Shown: one piece after another, positions 1-13,125 of the stretch
Numbering within the stretch: position 1 is the first letter of the stretch
Layout of the letters: each line of letters begins with the position of its first letter
Assembly (NCBI RefSeq): GCF_044704955.1
Contig: NC_091999.1
Location: forward strand, 29,140,001 to 29,204,000
Length of the DNA stretch: 64,000 nt
Direction: 5' to 3'
Origin: Pristiophorus japonicus
Taxonomy: Eukaryota
Position numbers and translations under genes: made by a program
Notes under the pieces: generated by a model
The model's database searches: none
The model's input: only the letters and a program-made list of their open reading frames with translations
Told to the model about the DNA's origin: nothing

Positions 1-1260
1 CAATTAATAGACAAAATGGGAAGAGAATTAGTAAAGGATGTGTTAGTAAAGAATAGAAAACAGGAACCAAGGGATGAGGAAGATGGAGAATACAAGGAGA
101 ATCAGTTTAAATCAGAAGGAAAGTGAGAGCTGACAGGATAGCTCAGAATAGGAGCTACAGCAAGGTTAGCAGGAGTAAACAGAATAGATATAGAAAGTGA
201 ATGGGAACACGATGTGGCTTACTGGAGGTATCATGTGTAGCCTCTGTGAAATTTATGATGAATGTGATACAGTAGGAACTGGACAAGAGAGAGAGTAATC
301 AAATCCCTTTGTTTATTCATGAAGAACAACTGAGAAAATGGTTTAGGGGAACCAAGTCATAGGCTTTGATGTGATGCCGACAATAGGAATGGGGATTTTG
401 GCTCGTAGGGAAGAAGAAAGAAGTGAAGATATTAGACCAGTGGGATTGGTCTTGCCTTTGCTGAGGAAAAATGGAACTGAAATGAAACCTTGGCCAGTGT
501 CTAGGGTAGAACTGTTTGCAAGGGTGGAAGACTGAGCTAGGTCCGATCCATAAACAGTATGAGGAATATCCAAGATATCTGATTGAGAGGGGAGGAACTT
601 GGATAGCACCAGATATGCAGTGTTGTACTCAGAAAGGGACAACATTGGTTTGTAGATGTTCCAGAATGCCAGATTGAAATAAATAAATGGGGCGAAGGCC
701 AAACTAATACCGTGTATAAAGGAAAAGGACAGTATTGTGTGACTACTACTGTCACGTATATGACTGTGGGTTCAACCCGATGCCCCATACAAGAACATCA
801 CTTTAGCTTGATTCTACCGAGGAACACATGTATCGGTGCTAAACGTTGGTTCTGGTGCATCATCATGACGCAACTTATCTGCAGACAAGACTGCCTCTTG
901 AGGATGAAGCCACTCAAGTCATTCCACACATAGGACACTATATTCTCCCTGTTTCTGGCTTTAAAGCTCATAATTAAGCGAATTAGGACATCCCAGAAAC
1001 ACACAGTGCAAATCATATAGAGGAATAGAGAGACAGAATGGGCAATCCCGAGACATGAGAATCAGGAATGGAGGAAAGTAGTATCTAATTAGATTGTTCC
1101 AGCTGGGATTGGTGATAGCATGGATAATAGCTTCAGGGATTCTGGTCATTGCATTATGCTGTAAGGAAGTCAATAAGAGACATTGAAAATATAAGGAAAG
1201 GGAAGGACACTGAGAGGAAACCAGGATTAGTAAAGACAAAGAAGGATATAAAACACTTTT
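1..1260 (+). pseudogene. env: Degenerate retroviral env remnant (SU/TM cleavage site, fusion peptide, Cys-rich ectodomain, TM anchor)
   Basis: Frame 1 at 121-195 reads K*ELTG*LRIGATARLAGVNRIDIE, interpretable as a decayed KR cleavage site followed by a fusion peptide. Later fragments include GPIHKQYEEYPRYLIERGGTWIAPDMQCCTQKGTTLVC and YKGKGQYCVTTT, then a hydrophobic anchor LFQLGLVIAWIIASGILVIALCCK (~1090-1165). Many stops and frameshifts; an LTR-like segment follows. Confidence 0.55.
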
Positions 1261-1271
1261 TCAACAGGTAA

Positions 1272-1860
1272 TGTAACCCGTAAAAAAACCTCTGGGACAG
1301 GTTGACACGTGGACCCTGGTTAATTCAGCTTCTGAAAGGGGTTTATGTTTAATTCATTTGATAGTGGGATAAATGTGGTTCGTATTATTAGGGAGAGAGA
1401 GACAGATTTCACTGAGCAACAGCTGTTGTTTTGTGACCAACCAGGCTTCGATATTCATAATAGAATGGATTAGAAATATTGTTAGGATAAGAAAAGTCCA
1501 GAACTAGTGGTTTATGATCACCGTGGCCAGGTCGCAATGCTTCTAAATGTGTTGCTGATGTAAACTTGTGTCTCTGGACTATGCAGTAGCCAGAGACTAC
1601 CATATTAGGCAATGCCGGCTCCAGTTTGATAAGAAAACAGTCTATAAATGTAAGCTTTTTCCTTTGTTCGTTAGCATGGGGATACCCGTGCCTGGTTACA
1701 CGTGCTCCATCTGTGACTATATTCCACTTGTAAATTGCTTTTCATGCTGATGGTAAAGAATAAATTGATTATAAACAGAAGACTGAATTCGTTACTACTC
1801 AAGTGAACAAACAGAAGTTTGTTTTAAATCAAGATTTTTTTTAAGTTTGGAACTTCATAA
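1272..1860 (+). mobile_element. Putative 3' LTR of the env-bearing element
   Basis: Starts TGTAAC just after the env remnant, is non-coding, and has AATAAA at ~1759. The right boundary is approximate. Confidence 0.4.
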
Positions 1861-3811
1861 CTTCCTTAATAATTAAAAATACGTTAACACAGCAGAATCA
1901 TTAGTAAAGCTATCATTATTAACCTTGAATAAAACATAGCTAAGTTAATTTAAATAGCTCCAATTTAATTCAGACCAATATATTATTAACTAAACAATAC
2001 AGAACAGATAAAATAAAACAAAATAGCACATGCTTACAGAACACAGTAAATTACATCATTGTTAACTTCAGGTGCTTTTCCAAATGACTAAAAATACTGA
2101 CTATGAGCAGACAAACATTGATTTAATGTGTTTAAATGTGAAAAAACAAAGTGCTTTTGAAATTTCAAAACAAGCATCAGGCACATGGCAACCGTAACTT
2201 CAAGGCTGAAGCTTATCTTTTGTAAAACAAACTCGCCTGACTTTCAGAGTGGCACAGCTTGCCCCAGTCAAAATATATCCACAGCAGCGTCTTTAACCTC
2301 TAAATGTAAATCACAAAGATCCACTGCTACTAGTTCCATAATCTGAATTGAAATGAACATACTCAACACATCCACACTTCCGTAAAACTCCCAATATCCA
2401 AGACAACAAAGGGTTAAATGGCTTTTAGCTCCATGTAGAGAAAAGTGGGTGAAGCTAAAACAAACATAACAGTCGCTTTTTTCAAAGACAGACTTTCAGA
2501 CAAAAGGAATACTGTAAATTCTTAAACATTCATGGTCAGGAAAACTTCCACTCTAATATAATTCACACAAACTTAAATTTCAGCATCCTTTCAGGTTCCT
2601 TTCACTCAGTAATCTTGTGCTTTATTTTTCTCGGCACAGACACTGACAGCTTCAGTGTTGGTTTCAACTTTAAGTTTCCTTTTTTCACCTTTTAAATTAT
2701 CATCTCAGCAACTTATTCTCTAATTCTGTTTTGTCCTTCCTTTGCTGAGTTCTCGGCTGGGTTAACTTGCACCTTAGATCTTTTCCCCTCTCTGTCTCGT
2801 CTGTTCCTTATGCTTCTCCTCCCTCACCTGTTAATTTCTCAAGTCTGCGCACAGAGGTGGGTTGCGTAAACCAATATACGCTTCCCTTTGTCAAATTGGA
2901 ACTTGCCCTCGTCAATTTGACCCTGACCCCAATCGACCACTTTTCAGTACGACTCACCTTCTGGTCTCGCAAGGAATGATGTCAAGTGAGTGTAGGGAGC
3001 AGCTTCACATGTTCATTGTTCCTGGCACACTCTGTCAGGTTAGCCATGCTTAGCAAACCCATCGCTCAATTACAGGTAGATTAGTCCTACATCTCCCAGA
3101 AATTCTCCATCCTGTATTGATAGCCTGGCTGAGTAAAACGAGTTGGCCAGAGATCTCCGGACCCCAGTTCCACTGAACAAAATATTGATTAATTACTATC
3201 TGTCAAGTCAATTTGTTGAGTTTTTGGGTCTGTGCCAATTCGCCCTTTCACACCTAAGTTCAGAAAGCTTTGACTTAACTCGTATTGGTGACAGTAATTA
3301 TATTTTATTCAGTGAAATTGAGACACTACTATTCACCAAACCCTGCATCCCAGCTCCTCTTGCACCTCTGTCTCCAACCATCTTCATCCCAACTCATTTC
3401 ACCCTTATTCTCCACCCTCACTGACCACTCCTCTTAAACCCCTCTCATCTTAGTCATTTCAATTGATAGGAAACAGAGAGATTGTACCAGTCAGGATTTG
3501 AAAGATATTTACAACAGATTCTACAGGTTCTTGGACTTATGGTCTTTCTATATTCTATCCACGCGATCAGTTAGATAACAGACATTCTCCTGTGAATACT
3601 GAGCTGGACTATTGGGCTCTGATGTGTTTATTTGTTCATTTTGGTGAATCTAAAGCTTTGCCAATTAATTGATATGATCGGTCTATTTGTTCATCTTTTG
3701 TCAAATACATTTCCTGAGTGGATTCAAATTTAAATTAAAACCAGGTTTGCAGCCATGATGCTCTATTCACACATCGAAGGTGAGAGAGATGCTATGGGGC
3801 ACACGCTAAGT

Positions 3812-4440
<629 letters not shown>

Positions 4441-4611
4441 ACCATAAGTACACAAAAAAAATTCAGAACAGTAAATCCTAGCTTTTATGGAACATTTTTT
4501 CCTCTCTTGTTCCTCCAAAGCTGTAAATCGCTGCCTCCTCCTTGTGCTGAAATCCAAACACATCGCACGTCTCAAGACATTTTATCCTCCATTCCCAGTT
4601 TTCCCCACCAA

Positions 4612-4790
4612 CCATGGCTGGTTTCAGTTCTACACTCCCTCTCCTACTCTGATGGTGCTGACTCTGGCTGGGTTCAGTTCGACACTCACTGGTTCCACTC
4701 CCTCTCCTCCCCTTATGGTGCTGACTCTGACTGGGTTCACTTCTGCACTCACTAGTTCCCCTCCCTCTCCTCCCCTGACTGGGTCCCTGA
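4612..4790 (-). repeat. ~60-65-bp ZNF-associated repeat, ~3 copies
   Basis: Unit GGTGCTGACTCTGGCTGGGTTCAGTTCTACACTCACTGGTTCCCCTCCCTCTCC is the reverse complement of the arrays at 13385-13600 and 19075-19560. Confidence 0.85.
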
Positions 4791-4965
4791 AGTTCCAAGC
4801 ACTCTGTGTTCATTTTAAAAGGTGACCACACATGCGCTCTATGGCTCGACGAACAGCGATAGCGGTGCACAGATCTGCAGCGTTCCTTTACAAAGGCTGC
4901 CAACCTGGGCCTGTTCCCGTGAAAAAGTCCCAGAGCTGCAAACGTGGGAGCTCTAGGTTCTTAGT

Positions 4966-5190
4966 CAGGGTTTAGCACCTACACCAGTTACAAATGGATA
5001 TGGTCTCATAGCCATTACAGAGACATGGTTGCAAGGTGACCAAGACTGGGAACTTAACATTTCGGTGTACTTGACAATCCAGAAGGAAAGACAGAAAAGA
5101 AAAGGAGGTGGGGTAGCTCTGATGATAAAGGATGGAATCACCGCCATAGAGAGAAACGATATTGGCTCAAATGATCAGGATGTTGAAACA
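4966..5190 (+). mobile_element. CR1 LINE ORF2 endonuclease fragment (element C, left piece)
   Basis: Encodes LIAITETWLQGDQDWELNI...RKGGGVALMIKDGI...DQDVET, typical of the CR1 APE domain. Confidence 0.85.
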
Positions 5191-5395
5191 CGTTTAGTTA
5201 CCAACGGATGGCTATCTTTTCTCTTACACCCTTTCCTCCTCACTGAAATATATTTTTCTTGAGAGTTGTGAAATATCTCCTGAAATGTACACCAACCATC
5301 CTACACTTTAATCTATTTTCCCAGTCCACTTTAGCCAACTCAGCCCTCATCCCTTCATAGTCCCCTTTATTTAAGCTTAGTACGATGGTTAGAGA
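5191..5395 (-). mobile_element. CR1 LINE ORF2 fragment (element C, inverted piece)
   Basis: Encodes LSLNKGDYEGMRAELAKVDWENRLK, which continues the ORF2 fragment at 9975-10354. Confidence 0.8.
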
Positions 5396-5470
5396 CCATA
5401 GAAACATAGAAAATAGGTGCATGAATAGGCCATTTGGCTCTTCGAGCCTGCACCGCAATTCAACGAGTTC

Positions 5471-6305
5471 ATAAGAACATAACATAAGAATTAGGAACAG
5501 GAGTAGGCCATCTAGCCCCTCGAGCCTGCTCCGCCATTCAACAAGATCATGGCTGATCTGGCCGTGGACTCAGCTCCACTTACCCGCCTGCTCCCCATAA
5601 CCCTTAATTCCCTTATTAGTTAAAAATCTATCTTTCTGTGACTTGAATACATTCAATGAGCTAGCCTCAACTTCTTCCTTGGGTAGATAATTCCACAGAT
5701 TCACAACCCTCTGGGAAAAGAAATTCCTTCTCAACTCGGTTTTAAATTGGCTCCCCCGTATTTTGAGGCTGTGCCCCCTAGTTCTAGTCTCCCCGACCAG
5801 TGGAAACAACCTCATTGCCTCTATCTTGTCTATCTCTTTCATTATTTTAAATGTTTCTATAAGATCACCCCTCATCCTTCTGAACTCCAACGAGTAAAGA
5901 CCCAGTCTACTCAATCTATCATCATAAGGTAAACCCCTCATCTCCGGAATCAACCTAGTGAATCGTCTCTGTACCCCCTCCAAAGCCAGTATATCCTTCC
6001 TTAAGTAAGGCGACCAAAATTGCACGCAGTACTCCAGGTGCGGCCTCACCAATACCCTATACAGTTGCAGAAGGACCTCCCTGCTTTTGTACTCCATCCC
6101 TCTCGCAATGAAGGCCAACATTCCATTCGCCTTCCTGATTACCTGCTGCACCTGCAAACTAACTTTTTGGGATTCATGCACAAGGACCCCCACGTCCCTC
6201 TGCACCGCAGCATGTTGTAATTGCTCCCCATTCAAATAGTATTCCCAATTTTTGTTGTTTTTCCCCAACGTGGATGACCTCACACTTTCCGACATTGTAT
6301 TCCAT
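5471..6305 (-). mobile_element. CR1 LINE 3' fragment (element B) nested in the 3' UTR of element A
   Basis: ORF 5570-6295 encodes the RT C-terminus (LYRVLVRPHLEYCVQFWSPYLRKDI) and the element has a CATAAGAA tail. The host sequence GAGTTCAT|GGTTGAACATG is contiguous in the related copy near 43885. Confidence 0.9.
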
Positions 6306-7000
6306 CATGGTTGAACATGCAACTTCAGTACCCCATTCCTACTTTCTCGCCATACCCCTTGATGCCCCTAGCAGTAAGGACTACATCTAACTCCTTTTTG
6401 AATATATTGAGTAAATTGGCCTCAACAACTTTCTGTGGTGGAGAATTCCATAGGTTCGCCACTCTGAGTGAAGAAGTTTCTCCTCATCTCTGTCGTAAGT
6501 GGCTTACCCCTTATTCTTAGACTGTGACCCCTGGTTCTGGACTTCCCCAACATTTTTGAACATTCTTGCTGCATCAAACCTGTCGAAACCCGTCAGAATT
6601 TTAAACGTTTCTATGAGATCCCCTCTCATTCTTCTGAACTCCAGTGAATACAAGCCCAGTTGATCCAATCTTTCTTGATATGTCAGTCCCGCCATCCCGG
6701 GAATCAGTCTGGTGAACCTTCGCTGCACTCCATCAATAGCAAGAATGTCCTTCCTCAAGTTAGGAGACCAAAACTGTACACAATACTCCAGTGTGGCCTT
6801 ACCAAGGCCCTGTACACTGTAGTAACACATCCCTGCCCAGTACTCAAATCCCCTAGCTAAGAAGGCCAACATGCCAGTAGCTTTCTTAACCGCCTGCTGT
6901 ATCTGCATGCCAACCTTCAATGACTGATGTACCATGACACTCAGGTCTCGTTGCACCTCCCCTTTTCCTAATCTGTCACCATTCAGATAATAGTCTGACT

Positions 7001-7694
7001 TGTAGGAGGTAGGCACCTTTAGAATATACCAGAATACTAGGCATTAGGCACCTGCTAGATATATCTAAACGCATATAAGTTTAAAGTGGACACACACATA
7101 AAATGGCTGCCCAGGCATGATGGGAAATCAGGTAGTCAAGCTGTGAACTGTTGAACATTCAATGACCAAGAAATAACCCTGTGAGGCCCACTGTAGGAAT
7201 GCCTGGGATGCGGGAAGACAGAGATAAGAAGGAAACCATCTCCTGTGAACAAGGTCATAAACCAATTAATTCCCCAGGAAGAAAGATAAGAGGGGAACCA
7301 TCTCCTGTAAACAAGGTTATAAACCAATTATTTCTCCCAGATGAAAGAACTAGGGAGAGAACCTATAAAGTCATCGATCAGCCCAAGCTGACAATAACCG
7401 AACATATGGTTCCCTGGATACTAGGGGAATTCTATTGGGTTAAAAGAACCTATATGTAATCTATAATCGTTGTGATTGGCTTGTGTCCAGCCGTGATGGG
7501 CTGTGTAGCTGTAGTAAACTGTTTTGTAACTGTTGTGAAACATATAAAGGTGCATGTGACCCTTTGTTCGGTGGAGAGAAACCTGAATACGGTACTGAGT
7601 TTTTCCTCCCCGCTGAGCGTAACAAAAGCCGCATCAGCATTGGAACCGACTCTGAGTGTTGAGTGATTCTTCTGAGAAAACACTAACGCTAACA
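7001..7694 (+). mobile_element. Solo LTR inserted in CR1 element A
   Basis: TG...CA termini, near-duplicated flanks (GTCTGACT / GTCTGTCT), an internal ~60-bp direct repeat and TATAAA at ~7543. CR1 sequence resumes immediately after. Confidence 0.75.
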
Positions 7695-9974
7695 GTCTGT
7701 CTCTCTGTTTTTACCACCAAAGTGGATAACCTCACATTTATCCACATTATACTTCATCTGCCATGCATTTGCCCACTCACCTAACCTATCCAAGTCACTC
7801 TGCAGCCTCATAGCATCCTCCTCGCAGCTCACACTGCCACCCAACTTAGTGTCATCCGCAAATTTGGAGATACTACATTTAATCCCCTAGTCTAAATCAT
7901 TACTGTACAATGTAAACAGATGGGGCCCCAGCACAGAACCTTGCGGTACCCCACTAGTCACTGCCTGCCATTCTGAAAAGTACCCATTTACTCCTACTCT
8001 TTGCTTACTGTCTGCCAACCAGTTCTTAATCCACGTCAGCACACTATCGCCAATGCCATGTGCTTTAACTTTGCACATTAATCTCTTGTGTTGGACCTTG
8101 TCGAAAGGCTTCTGAAAGTTCAAGTACACCACATCAACTAGTTCTCCCTTGTCCACTCTACTAGAAACATCCTCAAAAAATTCCAGAAGATTTGTCAAGC
8201 ATGATTTCCCTTTCACAAATCCATGCTGACTTGGAACTATCATGTCACCTCTTTCCAAATGCGCTGCTATGACATCCTAAATAATTGATTCCATCATTTT
8301 ACCCACCATCAATGTCAGGCTTACTGTTCGCTAATTCCCTGTTATCCCTCCCTCCTTTTTTTAAAAAGTGGGGTTACATTGGCTACCCTCCTCTCCATAG
8401 GAACTGATCCAGAGTCTATGGAATGTTGGAAAATGACTGTCAATGCATCCGCTATTTCCAAGGCCACCTCCTTACCTGCTCTGGGATGCAGTCCATCAGT
8501 TCCTGGGGATTTATCGGCCTTCAATCCAAACAATTTCCCCAACACAATTTCCCAACTAATAAGGATTTCCCTCAGTTTGTCCTTCTTACTAGACCCTCTG
8601 ACCCCTTTTATATCCGGAAGGTTGTTTGTGTCCTCTTTAGTGAATACCAAACCAAAGTACTTGTTCAATTGTTCTGCCATTTCTCTGTTCCCCGTTAATA
8701 CTGCCCCTGATTCTGAGTGCAGGGGACCTCCGTTTGTCTTTACTAATCTTTTTCTCATTACATATCTATAGAAGCTTATGCAGTGCGTTTTAATGTTCCC
8801 TGCAAGCTTCTTCTCGTACTCTATTTTCCCTGCCCTAATCAAAGCTTTTTCCTCCTCTGCTGAATTCTAAATTTAGCCCAGTCCCTGTGTTCGCTGCTAT
8901 TTCTGGCCAATTTGCATGCCACTTCCTTGGCTTTAATACTGTCCATGATTTCCCTTGATAGCCACGGTTGAGCCACCTTCCCTTTTTATTTTTACGCCAG
9001 GCAGGGATGTACAATTGTTGTAGTTCATCCATGCAGTCTCTAAATGTCTGCCATTGCGCATCCACTGTCAACTCCTTAAGTATCATTCGCCAATCTATCC
9101 TAGCCAATTCACGCCTCATACCTTCAAAGTTACCCTTCTTTAAGTTCTGGACCATGGTCTCTGAATTAATTGTTTCATTCTCCATCCTAATGTCGAATTC
9201 CACCATATTATGGTCACTTTTCCCCAAGGGGCCTCACATTACACATTCCTCGCTCATTACACAACACCCAGTGTAAGATGGCCTCCCCCCTAGTTGGTTA
9301 CTCGACATATTGGTCTAGAAAACCATCCCTTATGCACTCCAGGAAATCCTCCTCCACCGTATTGCTTCCAGTTTGGTTAGCCCAATCTATATGCATATTA
9401 AAGTCACCCATGATAACTGCTGCACCTTTATTGCATGCACCCCTAATTTCCTGTTTGATGCCCTCCCCAACATCACTACTACTGTTTGAGGTCTGTACAC
9501 AACTCCCACTAACGTTTTTTGCCCTTTGGTGTTCTGCAGCTCTACCCATATAGATTCCACATCATCCAAGCTAATGTCCTTCCTAACTATTGCATTAATC
9601 TCCTCTTTAACCAGCAATTCTACCCCAGCTCCTTTTCCTTTTATTCTATCCTTCCTGAATGTTGAATACCCGTGGATGTTGAGTTCCCAGCCCTAATCAT
9701 CCTGGAGCCACGTCTCTGTAATCCCAATCAAATCATATCTGTTAACATCTATTTGCACAATTAATTCATCCACCTTTTTATGGATACTCCTTGCATTAAG
9801 ACACAGAGCCTTCAGCTTTGTCTTTTTAACACACATTGTCACGTTATAATTTTGCTGTAATGTGGCCCTTGGGATTCTCTGCCTTCCACTTTTACTATTC
9901 TCCTTTCTCTCTTTTGCCTCTGTCTCCCTTTTATTTCCCTCTGCCTCCCTACAAAAGTTCCCATCCCCCTGCCA

Positions 9975-10354
9975 TCTGAATTTGAAATTGAATCATGCTA
10001 CTGATTCCAAGGGGATCTTTTACTTGGAGATTGTTTATTAATCCTGTCTCATTACACAGGACCAGATCTAAGATAGCTTGCCCCCTGCTTGGTTCCGTTA
10101 TATACTGTTCAAGGAACCCGTCGCTTATGCACTCGATGAATTCTTCCTCAAGGCTACCTGACCAATTTGATTTGTCCAATCAATATGGAAATTAACATTA
10201 CCAGTGATTATTGCTGTTCCCTTTTCACTAGCCCCCACTATTTCCTGGTTTATATTCTGACCAACAGAGTTGCTGCTGTTCGGGGGCCTATAGAATACAC
10301 CCACCAAATGACTTTTTCCCTTTATTATTCCTTATCTCCACCCAAACTGTTTCA
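9975..10354 (-). mobile_element. CR1 LINE ORF2 endonuclease fragment (element C, inverted piece)
   Basis: Encodes ETVWVEIRNN..VGVFYRPPNS..EEEFIECISDGFLEQYITEPSRGQAILDLVLCNE. Confidence 0.85.
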
Positions 10355-10562
10355 GCACACAGCCGATTTAATTAACTGTTTCTCCTCAGATAATAAAGAT
10401 CACATATATTTAATTGCAGTTCCAAACCTACAGCAATACCAAAGATTTCTTAAAGAAAAAAAAGTCACATATCCACCAGCCAATCACTTACCTGCTTGGC
10501 CGTGACGTCACACTTCGATTTAGATTTTTTTTTTACTTTATGTTCCTGCTGCAGCTGGCCTC

Positions 10563-11432
10563 CTGACTGCTGCCCTTTGTACTCCCGCGTTCACTCAGGT
10601 CTCGCGATGCTGGCCTCCTCCTGACTGCTGCCCTTTGTACTCCCGAGTCCGCTCAGGTCTCGCGCTGCTGGCCTCCACCTGACTGCAGCCCTTTGTACTC
10701 CCGCGTCCGCTCAGGTCTCGCGATGCTGGCCTCCACCTGACTGCTGCCCTTTGTACTACCGCGTCCGCTCAGGTCTCGCGATGCTGGCCTCCACCTGACT
10801 GCTGCCCTTTGTACTCCCGCGTCCGCTCAGGTCTCGCGATGCTGGCCTCCTCCTGACTGCTGCCCTTTGTGCTCCCGCGTCTGCTCAGGTCTCGCGATGC
10901 TGGCCTCCTCCTGACTGCTGCCCTTTGTACTCCCGCGTTCGCTCAGGTCTCGCGATGCTGGCCTCCTCCTGACTGCTGCCCTTTGTACTCCCGCGTTCGC
11001 TCAGGTCTCGCGATGCTGGCCTCCTCCTGACTGCTGCGCTTTGTACTCCCGCGTTCGCTCAGGTCTCGCGATGCTGGCCTCCTCCTGACTCCTGCCCTTT
11101 GTATTCCCGCGTCCGCACAGGTCTCGCGATGCTGGCCTCCTCCGGACTGCTGCCCATTGTACTCCCGCGTCCGCTCATGTCTCGCGATGCTGGCCTCCTC
11201 CTGACTGCTGCCCTTTGTACTCCCGCGTCCGCTCAGGTCTCGTGATGCTGGCCTCCTGCTGAATGCTGCCCTTTGTACTCCCGCGTCCGCTCAGGTCTCG
11301 CGATGCTGGCCTCCTCCTGACTGCTGCCCTTTGTACTCCCGCGTCCGCTCAGGTCTTGCGATGCTGGCCTCCTCCTGACTGCTGCCCTTTGTACTCCCGC
11401 GTCCGCTCAGGTCTTGCGATGCTGGCCTCCTC
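10563..11432. repeat. 58-bp CpG-rich tandem array, 15 copies
   Basis: Unit CTGACTGCTGCCCTTTGTACTCCCGCGTCCGCTCAGGTCTCGCGATGCTGGCCTCCTC starts at 10563, 10621, 10679 and so on to 11375. Confidence 0.95.
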
Positions 11433-11564
11433 CCGACTATTCCACAGAAGCACGGGGTTTGTCTGCTTTTATTCATGAATTTAACAAGTCTATATTAAAA
11501 CGATGAATTTAAAAAATCTGCATTAAAATGTGAGCCAGTGGGTTGTGAGCCCCAGAGCCTTGTG

Positions 11565-11912
11565 TCCACGGCAAACGAGCCAAAAGTGGGCAGCAGAAAT
11601 GTTACAAGGACACCCTTACAGCTTCCCTGATAAAGTGCGACATCACCACTGACACCTGGGAGTCCCTGGCCAAAGACTGCCCTGGATGGAAAAAGTGCAT
11701 CCAGGAGTGCATTGAGCACTTCGAGTCTCAATGCCGAGAGCATGAAGAGGTCAAGCGCAGGCAGCGGAAGGAGTGTGCAGCAAACCTGTCCCACCCACCA
11801 GTGACACAGTCTGTGGTTCCCGTATTGGACTGTTTAGCCACCAAAGAACTCACTTCAGGAGTGGAAGCAAGTCTTCCTCGATTCCGAGGGACTGCCTATG
11901 ATGATGATGATG
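11565..11912 (+). mobile_element. RTE-clade LINE 3' end
   Basis: Decayed C-terminus resembling GGQRKRYKDTLKASL...TDTWESLAKD...CGSRIGLFSHQRTH, ending in an (ATG)n tail at 11898-11912. Confidence 0.75.
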
Positions 11913-11929
11913 TGTCCAAAAGGGCACAC

Positions 11930-12560
11930 AATTAGGGCCATAGCCTCCCCTGGCCCCAGGCCCTCAACAAGGGACTGCACAAGGTCGCGCCATGCGGTTC
12001 AGACAATCAGCGGCACAAATCCGTCCCTCGGGCTCCCCAATTGGTTGGAGGACCCGCCGCTGGCTCGTTCCTCCAGCGCCGGCCCGCTCGCTGCGCATTG
12101 GTCGGAAGCTCCCGTCAATCAGGCCCGGTCACATGTCCCTCGAGCGCGCTCCGCCAAACTGGTGAAAACTGGTCTCGGGGACCCGGATGGGCGGACCCTC
12201 GGGTTTAGATTTCCCTTTATTCTCTCCCTATCCCCCCCGCTCCCCCGCGCAATTCTCTACCCAATCGGAGTGGAGGAAAGTCGCTTTGCATCACCGCTCG
12301 CGGCACTTTAACGGACTCAAACGCCTTTCCCCAGAAGGCGCCGCGCCGACTCCACATCAGAGGATCCGAGTGCACAGGCGCAGCTCCGAGTGTGGGGGGG
12401 AGGAGGCGGTTGGTGTCCCCTGGGCATGCGCGGCTATTCCCGATGGCGATCGCGAGGGTGGCACTGTGCTGGACGTGTTTCCCAGTGTGCATGCGCAGAC
12501 TCTCGGCTGTCAATCACCAATCAGGCAGCTCAGCTGCTGGTGAGACCTGTGACATCATCG
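11930..12560. promoter_or_regulatory. CpG-island, probably bidirectional promoter between the divergent ZNF genes
   Basis: High CpG content, several CCAAT/ATTGG boxes in both orientations, and NRF1-like GCATGCGC motifs (~12424, ~12489). It lies between the minus-strand and plus-strand ZNF modules. Confidence 0.55.
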
Positions 12561-12694
12561 AATCCCAGACATTGACAGCACAGAAGGAGGCCATTCGGCC
12601 CACCGTGTCCCTGCCGGCCGGCACAGAGCTCTGCAGCCTAATCCCACTGTACAGCTCTTGGTCTGTAGCTCTGTAGGTTATGGCACAATAAAGA

Positions 12695-13125
12695 AAGCCG
12701 TACATTTATATAGCGCCTTTCATGAACACCGGACGTCTCAAAGCTCTTCACAGAGAATGAAGTACCTTTGGAGTGTAGTCACTGTTGTAATGTTGGAAAT
12801 GCGGCAGCTAATTTGTGACCAGCAAACTCCCACAGACAGCAATGTGATAATGACCAGTTAAACTGTTTTTGTTATTTTGATTAAAGGATAAATATTGGCC
12901 ACGACGCTGGGTGTAGCTTCCCTCCTCTTTTTCGAAATAGTGCCATGAGATCTTTTACGTCCACCAGAGAGAGAGAGGATCAGGCTTCTGTTTAAAGCCT
13001 CATCCGAAAGCTGGCCCCTCTGACAGTGCAGTGACACTGGAGTGTCAGCCTAGATTTTTTGTGCTCAAGTCTCTGGAGTGGGACTTGAACCCACAACCTT
13101 CTGACTCACTGAGCCACAGCTGACA
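12695..13125 (-). mobile_element. tRNA-derived DeuSINE-like SINE
   Basis: CATTTATATAGCGCCTTT tail end, conserved core and tRNA B-box-like GGACTTGAACCC head. Related copies at 14960-15200, 38680-39095 and 61325-61785. Confidence 0.75.

Larger units (their letters stand above)
5396..9975 (-). mobile_element. CR1 LINE (element A): 5'-truncated, decayed ORF2 (EN+RT), interrupted by a second CR1 and a solo LTR
   Basis: CATAGAAA-type tail at 5396. ORF fragments include [64 protein letters not shown] and VGVVYRP. Confidence 0.92.

Noticed and set aside
2640-3060. Possible minus-strand gag-like remnant
   Set aside because: Only compositional hints and multiple stops; no recognisable motif.
10563-11432. 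Regular repeat array resembling a CRISPR array
   Set aside because: Head-to-tail units without unique spacers, no cas genes, and a vertebrate context.
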